Shown in pieces: positions 40,209 to 51,068 of a DNA stretch of 64,000 nucleotides. The notes below the pieces were generated by a model. It did no database searches. It worked only from the letters and a program-made list of their open reading frames with translations, and was not told where the DNA came from. Where the stretch lies: contig CAWBHS010000100.1 in the NCBI GenBank assembly GCA_963788655.1, positions 31,278 through 95,277 on the forward strand. The letters run 5' to 3'. How positions within the stretch are numbered: position 1 is the first letter of the stretch; each line of letters starts with the position of its first letter. This stretch comes from an uncultured Verrucomicrobiae bacterium. Its GTDB lineage: Bacteria; Verrucomicrobiota; Verrucomicrobiia; Limisphaerales; JAFGQR01. The position numbers and the translations under genes are program-made.

Positions 40209-41768
40209 GTGGCCTGGCGCTCATCCTGGTCGTGGCCGCAGTCGGTTATGGTCTGGCCAGATGGCTGCGGTTGCCGGTGATTCCGTTGCTCTTGTTCGCT
40301 GGCCTTGGCCTGGCGGTGTCGGGTTGGCTGCCGCGCCAGGATTTTACCGAAGACGCGTTCATCCTCGGGCTGGCGTTCCTGGTGTTTTCCGCCGGTATGG
40401 AGCTCAATCCCGAACGTTTCGGCAAACAGATCAAGGCGGTGCTTTGGGTTGGTCTGGCCCAGTTCATCCTCGTTGGTGGTTTCGGCCTGGCAGTCGCTTG
40501 GTTCTTGGGTTTTGAAGGCGTGGACGCCGTGTACTTGGGCATTGCGCTGTCCACCAGTTCGACATTGGTGGTCGTCAGTCACCTCAAACAGCAGCAACAG
40601 ATGTTTGAACCGTTTGCCCGACTGGTCATCGGCGTGCTGCTGGTCCAGGATTTGTTGATGATCCTGATCATCGTGGTGCTGGCCCGTTGGAGCGCCGGTG
40701 GGTGGGCGATCGCGATGAACCTGGGCGGGGTCCTGGCGTTGGCCGGGCTGGCTGGGGGGTTTCAGCGATGGTTGGTGCCTGCGCTCCTGATCCGGCGGCA
40801 ATTGGACGAGGAAACCTTGTTGCTGGTCGTGCTGGCGCTGTTGTTCACGTTTGTGGAACTGGCGTGGCAACTACACATCCCGCCGGTGGCGGCGGCTTTC
40901 CTCGCCGGTTTTGCGCTCGCTAATTTCCCGGCCAACGGCGTCGTACGCGGGCTATTGCTTTCATTGAACGACTTCTTCCTGGCGATCTTCTTTACCACCC
41001 TCGGCAGCCTGATCCTGTTGCCAGACCCGTGGCTGATCCTTAAAACCGTGGTGCTGGCCGGAATGGTGTTACTGGTGACGCCGCCATTGGTGGCCTGGCT
41101 CGCCGAATGGCAAGGACTCACCTCGCGCCCGGCGCTGGAGAGCGGCTTGCTCCTCGCGCAAACCAGCGAATTTGCGTTGGTCCTTGGCTTGGCCGGCAGC
41201 CAGATGGCAGCCCACATTTCGCGGGAGGCATTTTCCGTGATCGGCATGGTGGCGGTGGTCACCATGACGCTGACGCCGTTTGTGGCGACGGACCGTTTCA
41301 CCACGTTCTTGCTGCCGTTCTATCGACCGCGCCGCCTGCTTCAGGGGGAAGAGTCACGCCAGGATCACGTGCTGATGTTGGGCTTCGGCGCCGGCGGGAT
41401 GTGGGTGATCAAGCCGCTCCGCCAACAAGGACATGATGTGCTCATTGTGGATGACGATCCGGCAGTGATCGCGCAATTGCAGAAAATGAACATCCCCTGT
41501 ATCCGGGGCGATGGCGCCGACGAGAAAGTGTTGGACCGCGTCGGTGCCCGGCGGGCCAAGTTGATTCTGGCGTCCATGCGTCGGGTGGAAGAAGCGGTGC
41601 GGGTGCTCCAGGTACGTACCCGGCGTGCCGGTTGTCGTGCGAGTTTTCGAGGAAGCGGAAGCCGACCGGGTGCGCCAACTTGGTGGCATCCCGGTGCTCA
41701 ATTCCATCGCGGCCGCTGACACCTTCATGGAATGGTTTCAAAAGGTCATGCGCCGCGAACCCTCATAG
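40205..41768 (+). CDS. Second CPA2 cation:proton antiporter with an RCK domain; frameshift near 41612
   Basis: GLAFLVFSAGMEL, STSSTLVV, GVLLVQD, AQTSEF, LGFGAGG. Removing one G gives VLQYVPGVPVVVRVFE...REPS*. Confidence 0.85.
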
Positions 41769-41948
41769 CCCGGACACTTCATGCCCCCCCCGTAGCCGCC
41801 GACGTGAGGAGGTGGACCCGATTCGCCCTAACCATGGTCGGCCTTTTCAAGTCGGCCCTTGTCCATTGTCCGGCGATTGTTCAATCCCGACTTCGAAAAC
41901 GTCGCCGTCGTGTCAACGTTTCAATTCCTCAGCTCTTCAACCCTTGGG

Positions 41949-42962
41949 CTAATCTTTCACTTTGATGCGCCCTTCCCGATGATCTTTCAATTTCTTGAGG
42001 TCGGCATCGACCATCAACTTGACCAATTCGGCGAAGGTGGTCTTGGGTTCCCAGCCCAATTGCCGTTTGGCTTTTGACGCATCCCCAATCAGGAGATCGA
42101 CTTCGGCGGGACGAAAGTAGCTCGAATCAATCTGGACATGCTTTTGCCAGTCCAGGCCCACGTAACTGAACGCGGCTTCCAGAAACTCACGGACACTGTG
42201 CGTCTCGTTGGTGGCGACCACATAATCGTCCGGTTGATCCTGCTGGAGCATCAACCACATGGCTTCGACGTATTCCTTGGCGTAACCCCAGTCGCGTTTG
42301 GCGTCCAGGTTGCCGAGGTAGAGTTTGTCCTGGAGGCCCGCCAGAATGTGCGCCACCGCCCGCGTGATTTTGCGGGTGACAAACGTCTCGCCCCGGCGCG
42401 GAGATTCATGGTTGAACAGGATGCCGTTGCTGGCGTGCAAACCATACGATTCCCGGTAATTGACCGTGATCCAGTAGCCATAGACTTTGGCGCAACCATA
42501 CGGACTTCGCGGGTAAAATGGCGTGCGCTCCGTTTGCGGCGTCTCCTGCACCTTGCCAAACATTTCACTGGACGAAGCCTGGTAGAACCGAGGGCGAATG
42601 CCGGTTTCGCGAATGGCCTCGAGCAGACGCACCACGCCGGTGGCGGTGATGTCGGCCGTGTATTCCGCGCTGTCGAAGCTCACGCGCACGTGGCTTTGGG
42701 CGGCCAGGTTATAAACCTCTTCCGGCGCAATTTTGCCAATCAACCGGGCCAGCGCGCTGGCGTCGCTCAAATCGCCGTAGTGCAGCTTGAGCGCCAGGCC
42801 GTTGGCATGCGGGTCGGCGTAAATATGATCCAACCGTCCCGTATTAAACGTGCTGGCGCGCCGGATAATGCCATGGACCTCATAGCCCTTGGACAACAGC
42901 AACTCCGCCAGGTAAGAACCATCCTGGCCCGTTATGCCCGTAATCAGTGCCTTTTTTGCCAT
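41949..42962 (-). CDS. gmd: GDP-mannose 4,6-dehydratase
   Basis: [46 protein letters not shown]. Confidence 0.97.
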   Translation of the reverse strand: MAKKALITGITGQDGSYLAELLLSKGYEVHGIIRRASTFNTGRLDHIYADPHANGLALKLHYGDLSDASALARLIGKIAPEEVYNLAAQSHVRVSFDSAEYTADITATGVVRLLEAIRETGIRPRFYQASSSEMFGKVQETPQTERTPFYPRSPYGCAKVYGYWITVNYRESYGLHASNGILFNHESPRRGETFVTRKITRAVAHILAGLQDKLYLGNLDAKRDWGYAKEYVEAMWLMLQQDQPDDYVVATNETHSVREFLEAAFSYVGLDWQKHVQIDSSYFRPAEVDLLIGDASKAKRQLGWEPKTTFAELVKLMVDADLKKLKDHREGRIKVKD

Positions 42963-43095
42963 ATTTTTCTGCGGAACGCCGGTCCGCCGGCAGCTTCCAC
43001 TCAATCTGCCGATTGTTAGCGAAAAACGTTCCACGCCGGGCAAGGAAACGAGGATTGGAGCCGAATGTTGGGTGAGGGGATTAGCTGGCGGCCCT

Positions 43096-43323
43096 CGAAC
43101 CTCGCGAAGCGTATGGAGTGCGTGGAGCTTGCTCCCACTTTCGGTTCACGCGGGTACGCAGGAACAATTACCGTGTGCGCCATCAACTGGCCCGCCGCCG
43201 CTACCGCCGGGCGTGGCGCAGAATTCTATTCTGCTGTATCGCCAATTTCCAATCGGCAGGGCGTCCGCAGGTCCGGGCGCGTCGGAAGTTACCCCCGCCC
43301 AGCGAACTGCAAGTCCGCGCTAC
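43096..43323. repeat. Two REP-like elements (GGAGTGCG..GAGCTTGCTCC family and GTAGCGCAGA family)
   Basis: 43096-43142 is nearly identical to 49769-49815; 43213-43323 is related to 3021-3133. Confidence 0.65.
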
Positions 43324-43405
43324 GGTTTGTGGCGCAATTAAAAATCCTGAAGTTCGTCGGTGAGATTGACGTCGGAGTATTAATCTTACAAGCTCAACCG
43401 AAATC

Positions 43406-46400
43406 ATGAAAATTGTGTTCTGCCTAATCCCAGCGACTGTGGCGCGTCGTTTTGATGTCGTCGCTTCAGTGTCGGCCAATCCCACAGCACTCCGAGTCCG
43501 ACCCCGCTGTCCCGGCGTAACGGTGGGGAAAGGCAACCGCTCGGTCGGGCGCGACCAATCCTTCGGCAGATCGATCCGTGCCGGTTTCTGCGCTGGCCTG
43601 TCAGTTCTCGCGTTGGCAGTTGCCGGTAGTGCCTCCGGAGCCGGTTCATTCGACCAGGGTTGGGTGGACCTGATGCTGGCCAATCGGGTGGCGTTGCAAG
43701 CCAACCTTCAGGTGCAGGAATCTCCTTGGTCCACCACCGGACCGTTGCCGGCCAAGGCTTTTGCCGACGCCCTGTTTCCGGAACAAGGCGTGGATCTCGC
43801 CGCTCAGCAAGGCGGCAGAAAATGCTGGCAATCCAAGCAGTATCCCAACGGCGTGCCGCACGCCTTGCAGTCCGGCGACGGCACCTCAACGTATTTCTAT
43901 CGCACGGTGGTCGCCAAGAACGCCGGCAAGTTGCGAATTGGCCTCGGTAGTGACGACGGAATCGAGTTCTGGTTTAATGGAAAAAAGGTGTTGTCCAAAG
44001 ATGTTCCCCGCGTGATCGCTCCGGAACAGGATTCCGTGGAAGTGGCGCTGCGTCCGGGCACCAACGAAGTGCTGCTCAAGATCTACAATCGCACCGGCGG
44101 CTGCGGTTTTTATTACAGCACCGGCGACTCGGCCGCGGGCACCCTGACGCAGGTGGCCGGAAAGTATCCCCTGGAAACCAGCCTGTTTTCCCGTTATGCC
44201 GATGCCGAGCGTTGGTTCCAAAACGCCGACAACACGAGCATTGAACACACCGCCATCACGGCCTTGCTGCAACGGTTGCAGGGCGTGGAAGCCGAGCAAC
44301 AGAAACTTCAGTCACTGGTCGCGGCGAAGACGCCACCAAACAGTCCGGAGTGGCTGACGTTGTTGGGTGAGCTTGCGACTTTGGCCAATGGTTTTGATCG
44401 CGCCCGCGCCGAAGTGGAGTCGATCAATCCTACCTCCTTGCGCTTGGCGGTGGAAGACTTGGCCCAAGCGTTTCCCGATACCTACCGGGGCGGCACCGAT
44501 TTTTTGAAGGCCCTGGCCGCGTTTGAAAAAGAATTGCCGGCGGTAAAGGACGCCTTGGCCCACGGCGATCGGAAAGCCCTCGGCGCCTTCGCTCGCTTTA
44601 AAGCCCTCGAACAGTCTGCCTTGCTGGCCAATCCGCTCTTGAACTTCGATCGGCTGCTGCTGGTCAAACGCGCCGCCAATCGGCTGGGTCTGCCGCAGAA
44701 CTGGCAGGGCAACTGTGCGTTGGCACGCGACGGCTATGACAACGAAATTGCCGTTCTTTCGCCCGTCCGCTCCGATGGCAAACTGAACACCCTCTATCGG
44801 CCCGATGGCGGCAAATTCGTGGGCGACGTGGACTTGAATTTCGATGCGGACAAACTGCTCTTCTCGTCGTTGGGCACGCACAATCGCTGGCACATTTTCG
44901 AGATGAACGCCAACGGCGAGCAAGTCCACCAACTCACCCCTGATGAACCGGATGTGGATTGCTACGATCCCTGCTACTTGCCCGATGGCCGGATCATCTT
45001 TGGCTCGACGGCGGTTTTTCAAGGCGTGCCGTGCGTTGGCGGCGGCAACACGGTGGCCAACCTCTACCGCATGGATGCCGACGGTAGTCATATTCGCCAG
45101 CTTTGCTTCGACCAGGATCATGACTGGTGTCCGACCGTGCTGAACGATGGCCGCGTGCTCTACTCGCGCTGGGAGTATTCCGATTCGCCGCATTACTTCA
45201 CGCGGCTGTTGTTCCGCATGAATCCCGACGGCACCGGCCAGATGGAGTATTACGGCAGCGGTTCGTATTGGCCGAACTCGATTTTTTACGCCCGTCCCGT
45301 TCCTGGAAAATCCACCGAAGTGGTCGCCGTCATCTCCGGCCACCACGGCGTGCCGCGCATGGGCGAACTGGTGTTGTTCGATCCGGCCAAAGGGCGGTTC
45401 GAGAGTTCGGGCTCGGTGCAACGCATTCCCGGGTACCATCATCCGGTGGATCCGATCATCCGCGACACCTTGGTCGAAGGTTCCTGGCCGAAATTCCTGC
45501 ACCCGTATCCGCTGAGCGACAAATATTTTCTTGTCTCGATGCAACCCACGCCGCAGTCGCTGTGGGGGATTTACCTGGTGGACGTTTTCGACAATGCCAC
45601 GTTGGTCTGCGAGCAGCCGGGCTACGCGATGTTGGAACCGGTACCGTTCCGGCCCACGCCGCGTCCGCCGGTGATCGAGGACAAGGTGAATCCCAATAGC
45701 CGCGAAGGGATCGTTTATCTTTCGGATGTTTACGCGGGTGCCGGATTGGCTGGCGTGCCGCGCGGCAGTGTCAAGAAGCTGCGCATTCTCGAACCGCACT
45801 ATGCCTATCCGCAAATGGGCGGGCACATCAACATCGGCGTGGACGGCCCGTGGGACGTGCATCGGATTGTCGGCACCGTGCCGGTGGAATCGGACGGCTC
45901 GGCGGCGTTCAAAGTGCCGGCCAACACGCCCCTGGCCGTGCAACCGCTTGACGCCGACGGGCGGGCGCTCCAGGTCATGCGGAGTTGGTTCACCGCGATG
46001 CCGGGCGAAACGTTGTCCTGCACCGGTTGCCACGAATCGCAAAATTCCGCCGCGGCCAGTGGCGCCACTCTGGCGGCCAAGAAGCCGCCGGTGGACATTA
46101 AGCCCTGGTATGGACCGGCACGCGGTTTCAGTTTCACCCGCGAGGTGCAACCGGTCTTGGACAAATATTGCGTGGGTTGCCACGATGGCCAGTCGCGTCC
46201 GGACGGCCAGTCGATTCCGGATTTCACGGCCAAGGCCCAGAATGGTTGGCGCAATTTCACCCCGTCATATCTGGCGTTGCACCCCTACGTGCGGCGGCCC
46301 GGCCCGGAAAGCGATTACCATCTGCAGGCGCCGCTGGAATGGCATGCCAGCACCAGTCAACTGGTGCAAATGCTCGAGAAAGGCCACCACAACGTGAAGC

Positions 46401-47532
46401 TCGATGCCGAGGCCTGGGACCGGTTGAACACCTGGATTGATCTGAACGTGCCGGACCATGGCACCTGGCACGAACACCGGAACATCGCCAGCAATTTCCG
46501 GCAGCGCCGCGTGGAACTGCGCGCCAAATACGCCAATCGTCCGGAAGACCTGGAGGACATTCCCGAAATCAAACACGAGCCGGTCCAATTCGTTAAACCC
46601 GCTCCCCTGCCCGAGCGCAATGCCGCGAAGCCGCAGTTGGTGGGCTGGCCGTTTGATGCGGCTGAAGCGCAACGTCGGCAGGCTGCCGTCGGTGTGCCGG
46701 TGAAAACGAAAGTGGAATTGGCGAACAACGTTTCGATGGAACTGACTCTGATTCCCGCCGGCCAGTTTGTGATGGGCGATGCGGACGGTGAAAGGGATGA
46801 GTATCCGCCATCGGTCGTGAAGATCGACCAGCCGTTCTATCTCGGCGTGCACGAAGTCACGGTCGAGCAGTTCGCCGCGTTTGATTCCAGCCACGACAAC
46901 GGCGTGCATCAGCGTCTTCAACAAAGACCAGAGCACGCGCGGCGAGCCGGCCAATCATGCGCGCCAGCCGGTGATCCGGGTTTCATGGGAACAAGCGATG
47001 GCGTTCTGCAAGTGGATGTCGCACCGAATCGGCAAGCGGGTCAGCTCTGCCCACCGAGGCCCAATGGGAATATGCCTGCCGCGCCGGCACCGACACGCCG
47101 TTGAATTACGGCGCCGCCACGGTGGACTTCGGCAAGCTGGCCAACCTGGCCGATCAACGCTTGCTCGCGATTTGCCGGGGCGATTCGCCCAAATGGATTC
47201 CGGCGGTGAACACCGTGAACGATGGCGCGGTCGTCCTCGACAACGTGGGCCGTTATGCCCCCAACGCCTGGGGCCTCTGTGACATGCACGGTAACGTCGC
47301 GGAATGGACACTCACCACCTATCGCCCCTATCCTTACGCCGCCGATGGGCGGGATAACGGTTTGGCTGAGGGGAACAAAGTTGTGCGCGGCGGTTCCTTC
47401 TACGACCGTCCCGAACGCGCCCGTTCGGCTTTCCGGCTCAGTTTCCCACCGTGGCAGCGCGTGTTTGACGTGGGCTTCCGCGTAGTGGTTACCGAGGAAC
47501 CGTCGCTGGCCCAAGTTTCCGCGGCCCGCTGA
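43406..47532 (+). CDS. HzsA-related beta-propeller protein with two c-type heme motifs and a C-terminal SUMF1/FGE domain; frameshifts near 46905 and 47047
   Basis: DPCYLPDGRIIF, LYSRWEY, MNPDGT, GTVPVESDGSA..VPANTP; CTGCH and CVGCH; IPAGQFVMG, PVIRVSW, LPTEAQWEYACRAG, NAWGLCDMHGNVAEW, VGFRVV. Confidence 0.8.
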
Positions 47533-47617
47533 ACGGGCGCTCGACGTCCTTGACGAACAGCAGTCTTCAAAACCCACAACCACAACCAAAACAATCTGCA
47601 CTGGAAATACGACCCGT

Positions 47618-48314
47618 ATGAAAATGAACCGACGCCAACATCTGCAACTGATGGCCACCGCCGCCGGGGCTGCTGCCTTGAGCGGGGGCACGGCCATCGC
47701 CCAAGTCACTTCTATGAGCACCAAGAAAATCAAACTTCCCCAGGTACAAGAACCAGGACTTCTACCAGAACGGAGAGTTCCAGGCCGAGAAAGCCAAAGC
47801 CGCCTACTTCGACCTGATGGCCCGGCACGGCTACAATATGCACATCGAAAACGCCAAGAAATGGGCGACCGATTTTTGGGTCACCGATTTCAACCTTGGC
47901 GATTTTGTCAACGTGGGCATGGGCGGTGTCTTTTGGGTGAATTTTCAGGAATTCAACTATTTCGCCCACGAGATTTATCTGTTGCCGGGCCAGATGATTG
48001 TGGAACACGCGCACGTGGCCACGGACAAAGCCCGCCCCAAGATGGAAAGCTGGCACGCACGCCACGGTAGCGTCTATTGCTTCGGCGAAACCGGTGGCGA
48101 CATCCCGGCGGGCGTGGCATTGCCGGCGAGCCAGGAGAAATTCATCACCGTGAAGCAATGCACCGAAGTAGCCCCGGGCGACATCCTCACGCTCAATCGG
48201 GTGACCGCCAAACACTTCATGATGGGCGGGCCCAGCGGCGGCATCGTCAGCGAATACGCTTCCTTCCATGACAATGACGGCCTGCGGTTCACCAATCCCC
48301 AAGTGAAGTTCTAA
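47618..48314 (+). CDS. D-lyxose/D-mannose ketol-isomerase family cupin with a putative Tat leader; frameshift near 47740
   Basis: LLPGQMIVEHAH...KMESW...HFMMGG..G.IVSEYASFHD...FTNP. Leader MNRRQHLQLMATAAGAAALSGGTAIA joins as KLP-RYKNQDFY. Confidence 0.7.
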
Positions 48315-48331
48315 ATTCCAACCATAACAAC

Positions 48332-48652
48332 ATGACCAAAGAATTTCATCACATCGGCATCCCGACCACCCAACGACGCCCGGACGAGATCTATCTCGAG
48401 AGCGTCAAGCTCTACATCACCGACGCCACCAAAAGTCCGCATCGCATCGAATGGATTCGCGCCGAAGCCGACTGCCCGTTTCCGGAGGTAATGAAGACCA
48501 CCGCGCACGTGGCCTACACCGTGGACAAAATGGAAGACGCGCTCGCCGGGCAGAACGTGATCTGGCCGCCGTTCGAACCACTGCCCGGCATCCGGGCGGC
48601 ATTCATTCTGGACGGCGACGCCCCAGTCGAATTTCTTGAGTTCACGAAGTGA
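48332..48652 (+). CDS. Glyoxalase/VOC-fold protein
   Basis: FHHIGIPT, HVAYTVD, DGDAPVEFLE. Confidence 0.75.
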   Translation: MTKEFHHIGIPTTQRRPDEIYLESVKLYITDATKSPHRIEWIRAEADCPFPEVMKTTAHVAYTVDKMEDALAGQNVIWPPFEPLPGIRAAFILDGDAPVEFLEFTK

Positions 48653-48683
48653 TTCAGTCTGATTGCCAGCACCACTTAAGACC

Positions 48684-49679
48684 ATGAAGAAATTCATCAA
48701 CGATCCGGCCAACCTGACCCGCGAACTACTCGATGGATTCGCCATCGCGCATAGCGATTTGGTGACGGTGAACTCGGATAAAATCGTCAGCCGGGTCCAG
48801 CCCAAGCCCGCCAACAAAGTGGCCGTGGTCACGTTGGGAGGCGCGGGACACGAACCGGCCCTCAGCGGCTTCGTCGGCGAAGGTATGCTCGATTATAGCG
48901 TGGTGGGTGACATTTTCGCCGCACCCGGACCGCCCAAAGTCCTCGAAGCACTGCGTTTGGCCAAACGTGACGCGGGTATTTTGCTCGTTGTGCTGAATCA
49001 CGCCGGAGACGTCCTGAGCGCCAACATGGCCATGGAGATGGCCAATCAGGAAAGCATTCGCTATCAGTTGCTGCTGACGCACGAAGACATCGCTCCCGGT
49101 GCCACGGCCCCGGCCGAAGACCGGCGCGGCTTGGTGGGCTGCATTCCGCTCTATAAGATTGCCGGTGCCGCCGCCGAAGCGGGCAAAAGCCTTGCGGAAG
49201 TTCACGCCCTGGCCAGCCGTTTCAACGACAACATGGCCACGCTGGCCGTGGCGATGAAGACCGCCACGCATCCAGCGAGCGGCCAGGCCATTTTCGAATT
49301 GGCCGACGACGAAATGGAAATCGGCATGGGGCAGCATGGCGAAGCGGGGACTGGCCCCAGCAAAATCATGACCGCGGATCAGACTGCCGAGCTGATGCTC
49401 ACCCGCCTCCTCGAAGCCGTTAAAGCCAAGGCGGGTGATCGGATTCTGCTCGTGATCAACGGCAGCGGTGCCACGACGTTGATGGAACTTTACATCGTGT
49501 TGCGCGGTTGCAAGACCTTCCTCGACACGAAGGGGATTTCCCTCGCGGCGACCTATTGCGGCGAATGGCTGACCGTCCAGGAAATGGCCGGCTTCCAGAT
49601 GTGTGTCGCCAAGCTGGATGACGAACTATTGCACTACTGGAAAGCCCCGTGCCAAACCCCAGCCCTCACCGTCAAGTGA
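48684..49679 (+). CDS. dhaK: Dihydroxyacetone kinase family, DhaK subunit
   Basis: MKKFINDP, GGAGHEPA..GFVGEGML, EIGMGQHGEAG, NGSGAT..ELY. Confidence 0.92.
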   Translation: MKKFINDPANLTRELLDGFAIAHSDLVTVNSDKIVSRVQPKPANKVAVVTLGGAGHEPALSGFVGEGMLDYSVVGDIFAAPGPPKVLEALRLAKRDAGILLVVLNHAGDVLSANMAMEMANQESIRYQLLLTHEDIAPGATAPAEDRRGLVGCIPLYKIAGAAAEAGKSLAEVHALASRFNDNMATLAVAMKTATHPASGQAIFELADDEMEIGMGQHGEAGTGPSKIMTADQTAELMLTRLLEAVKAKAGDRILLVINGSGATTLMELYIVLRGCKTFLDTKGISLAATYCGEWLTVQEMAGFQMCVAKLDDELLHYWKAPCQTPALTVK

Positions 49680-49687
49680 AGCTGCTG

Positions 49688-50315
49688 GTAGGACAGGCGT
49701 CTCGCCTGTCCCGAATGGTCAAAAGCCGTCCAGTCCTTTCTTATACACGCTGAATGCCCAGTGTCCCCCGAACCTCGCGCAGCGTTTGGAGTGCGCGGAG
49801 CTTGCTCCCGCTTTCGTCAGATTACGGTATGCGCGCAAGGAGTCGCCAACCTCCAGCAAAGCCTGGGGCCTGAATCGATGAACGGTTCCAAGCCAGAACT
49901 GGTTAGCCGGCGCGCAGACGAATTGCAGCCATATTGGCAAGCGGGCGTCGTCTTCCCCCTCACCCCAACCCTCTCCCTTGGGGAGAGGGACACATCGGCG
50001 CTCTCTCAGAACAGCGGCCACGCTCTTATGCTTCTTCGCCGAGGCTCATATTCAAAAGCCGGTGGCGATGGTCGCGATTTTCTCAAAGAACAAGGCACGT
50101 TCGCCGGCTGTTCCCTCTCCTTGGGGAGAGGGCCAGGGTGAGGGGAACCGTCGGCGCCTACTGTTCGAGGACTTTCGCAATTCGCGAGATTATCAAACTC
50201 TGGAAGTCCGCCGGCAAAGCCTGCGGTTTGCTTTGGAGCCAATGAACTGTCCGGGAAAGGTCGGCTCGCCTGGCCGGAACCGAAAGCGCCGGCAAGCCGG
50301 AAGCACTCCAAACGC
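49688..50315. repeat. Nested cluster of three REP-like families between dhaK and dhaL
   Basis: Hairpin gtaggacaggcgtctcgcctgtcc; outer pair gcgtttggagtgc (49782) / gcactccaaacgc (50315); inner pair cccctcaccccaaccctctccc (49955) / gggagagggccagggtgagggg (50145). Confidence 0.7.
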
Positions 50316-50381
50316 GGGCGCGACGGGTTTCCCGCCATTCGAAAATGTGCGTTGTCGTACTTTTCTTTAATTCCCAATCCC

Positions 50382-51026
50382 ATGCCCGAAACCCTCGCCT
50401 ATCTCCAAATCTGCCGGATGCTCAACACCGCTGCGGACCAAATTCGCCAGCACCACGAAATGCTCTCCCGACTGGACAGCGCCGTGGGCGACGGCGATCA
50501 CGGCACCACCATTCTTCGCACCATGGACACGGTGACCAGAGCGATCGCCGAAAATACTGGCACTGATCTCAAGGCTTTGTTCACAAAGATCGCCTGGGAC
50601 GTGATGAGTTGTGACGGCGGTTCGACCGGTCCGTTGCTCGGTTCGTTGTTTCTGGGTATGAGTGAAGCCGTCGCCGGCAAGCATGAACTCGATTGTGCCG
50701 GCATGGTCGCGATGTTTGAAAGCGGCATCAACAAGCTGGCCAAACAAAGCCGCGCCCAGATCGGCGACAAGACGATGATGGACGCCTTCCTCCCCGCCTT
50801 GGACGCTCTCAAAGCGGCGGCGCCCGCGGGCAGCATCCGTTCCGCACTCCAGCAAGCGACCGTCGCCGCCGCGAAAGGGGCCGAAGACACCAAACAGTTC
50901 CGCGCCAAATTCGGCCGCGCCCGCCACCTGGGCGACCGCGTGCTCGGTCATCCGGATCCGGGAGCGGTTTCGGTTTCGTTGCTCTTCAAGGGATTCAGCG
51001 AAGGGTGTGAAACCAAGACGGTATGA
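50382..51026 (+). CDS. dhaL: Dihydroxyacetone kinase family, DhaL subunit
   Basis: LDSAVGDGDHG, GGSTGPLLG, GDKTMMD, GRA..LG.R..GHPDPGA. Confidence 0.92.
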   Translation: MPETLAYLQICRMLNTAADQIRQHHEMLSRLDSAVGDGDHGTTILRTMDTVTRAIAENTGTDLKALFTKIAWDVMSCDGGSTGPLLGSLFLGMSEAVAGKHELDCAGMVAMFESGINKLAKQSRAQIGDKTMMDAFLPALDALKAAAPAGSIRSALQQATVAAAKGAEDTKQFRAKFGRARHLGDRVLGHPDPGAVSVSLLFKGFSEGCETKTV

Positions 51027-51068
51027 ATCCATTTCAAAACAAAAACCAATTGCGAAAAATTCAAACCT

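Noticed and set aside
44312..46183. Long antisense ORFs (e.g. 44312-46183, 4211-5578, 36086-37315, 18674-19633, 33024-34199)
   Set aside because: Shadow frames of well-supported genes in high-GC DNA, with no recognisable motifs.
43406..47532. Hydrazine synthase / anammox capability
   Set aside because: Only an HzsA-related domain, fused to FGE; no hzsB/hzsC or hydrazine dehydrogenase. Such proteins are common in non-anammox PVC bacteria.
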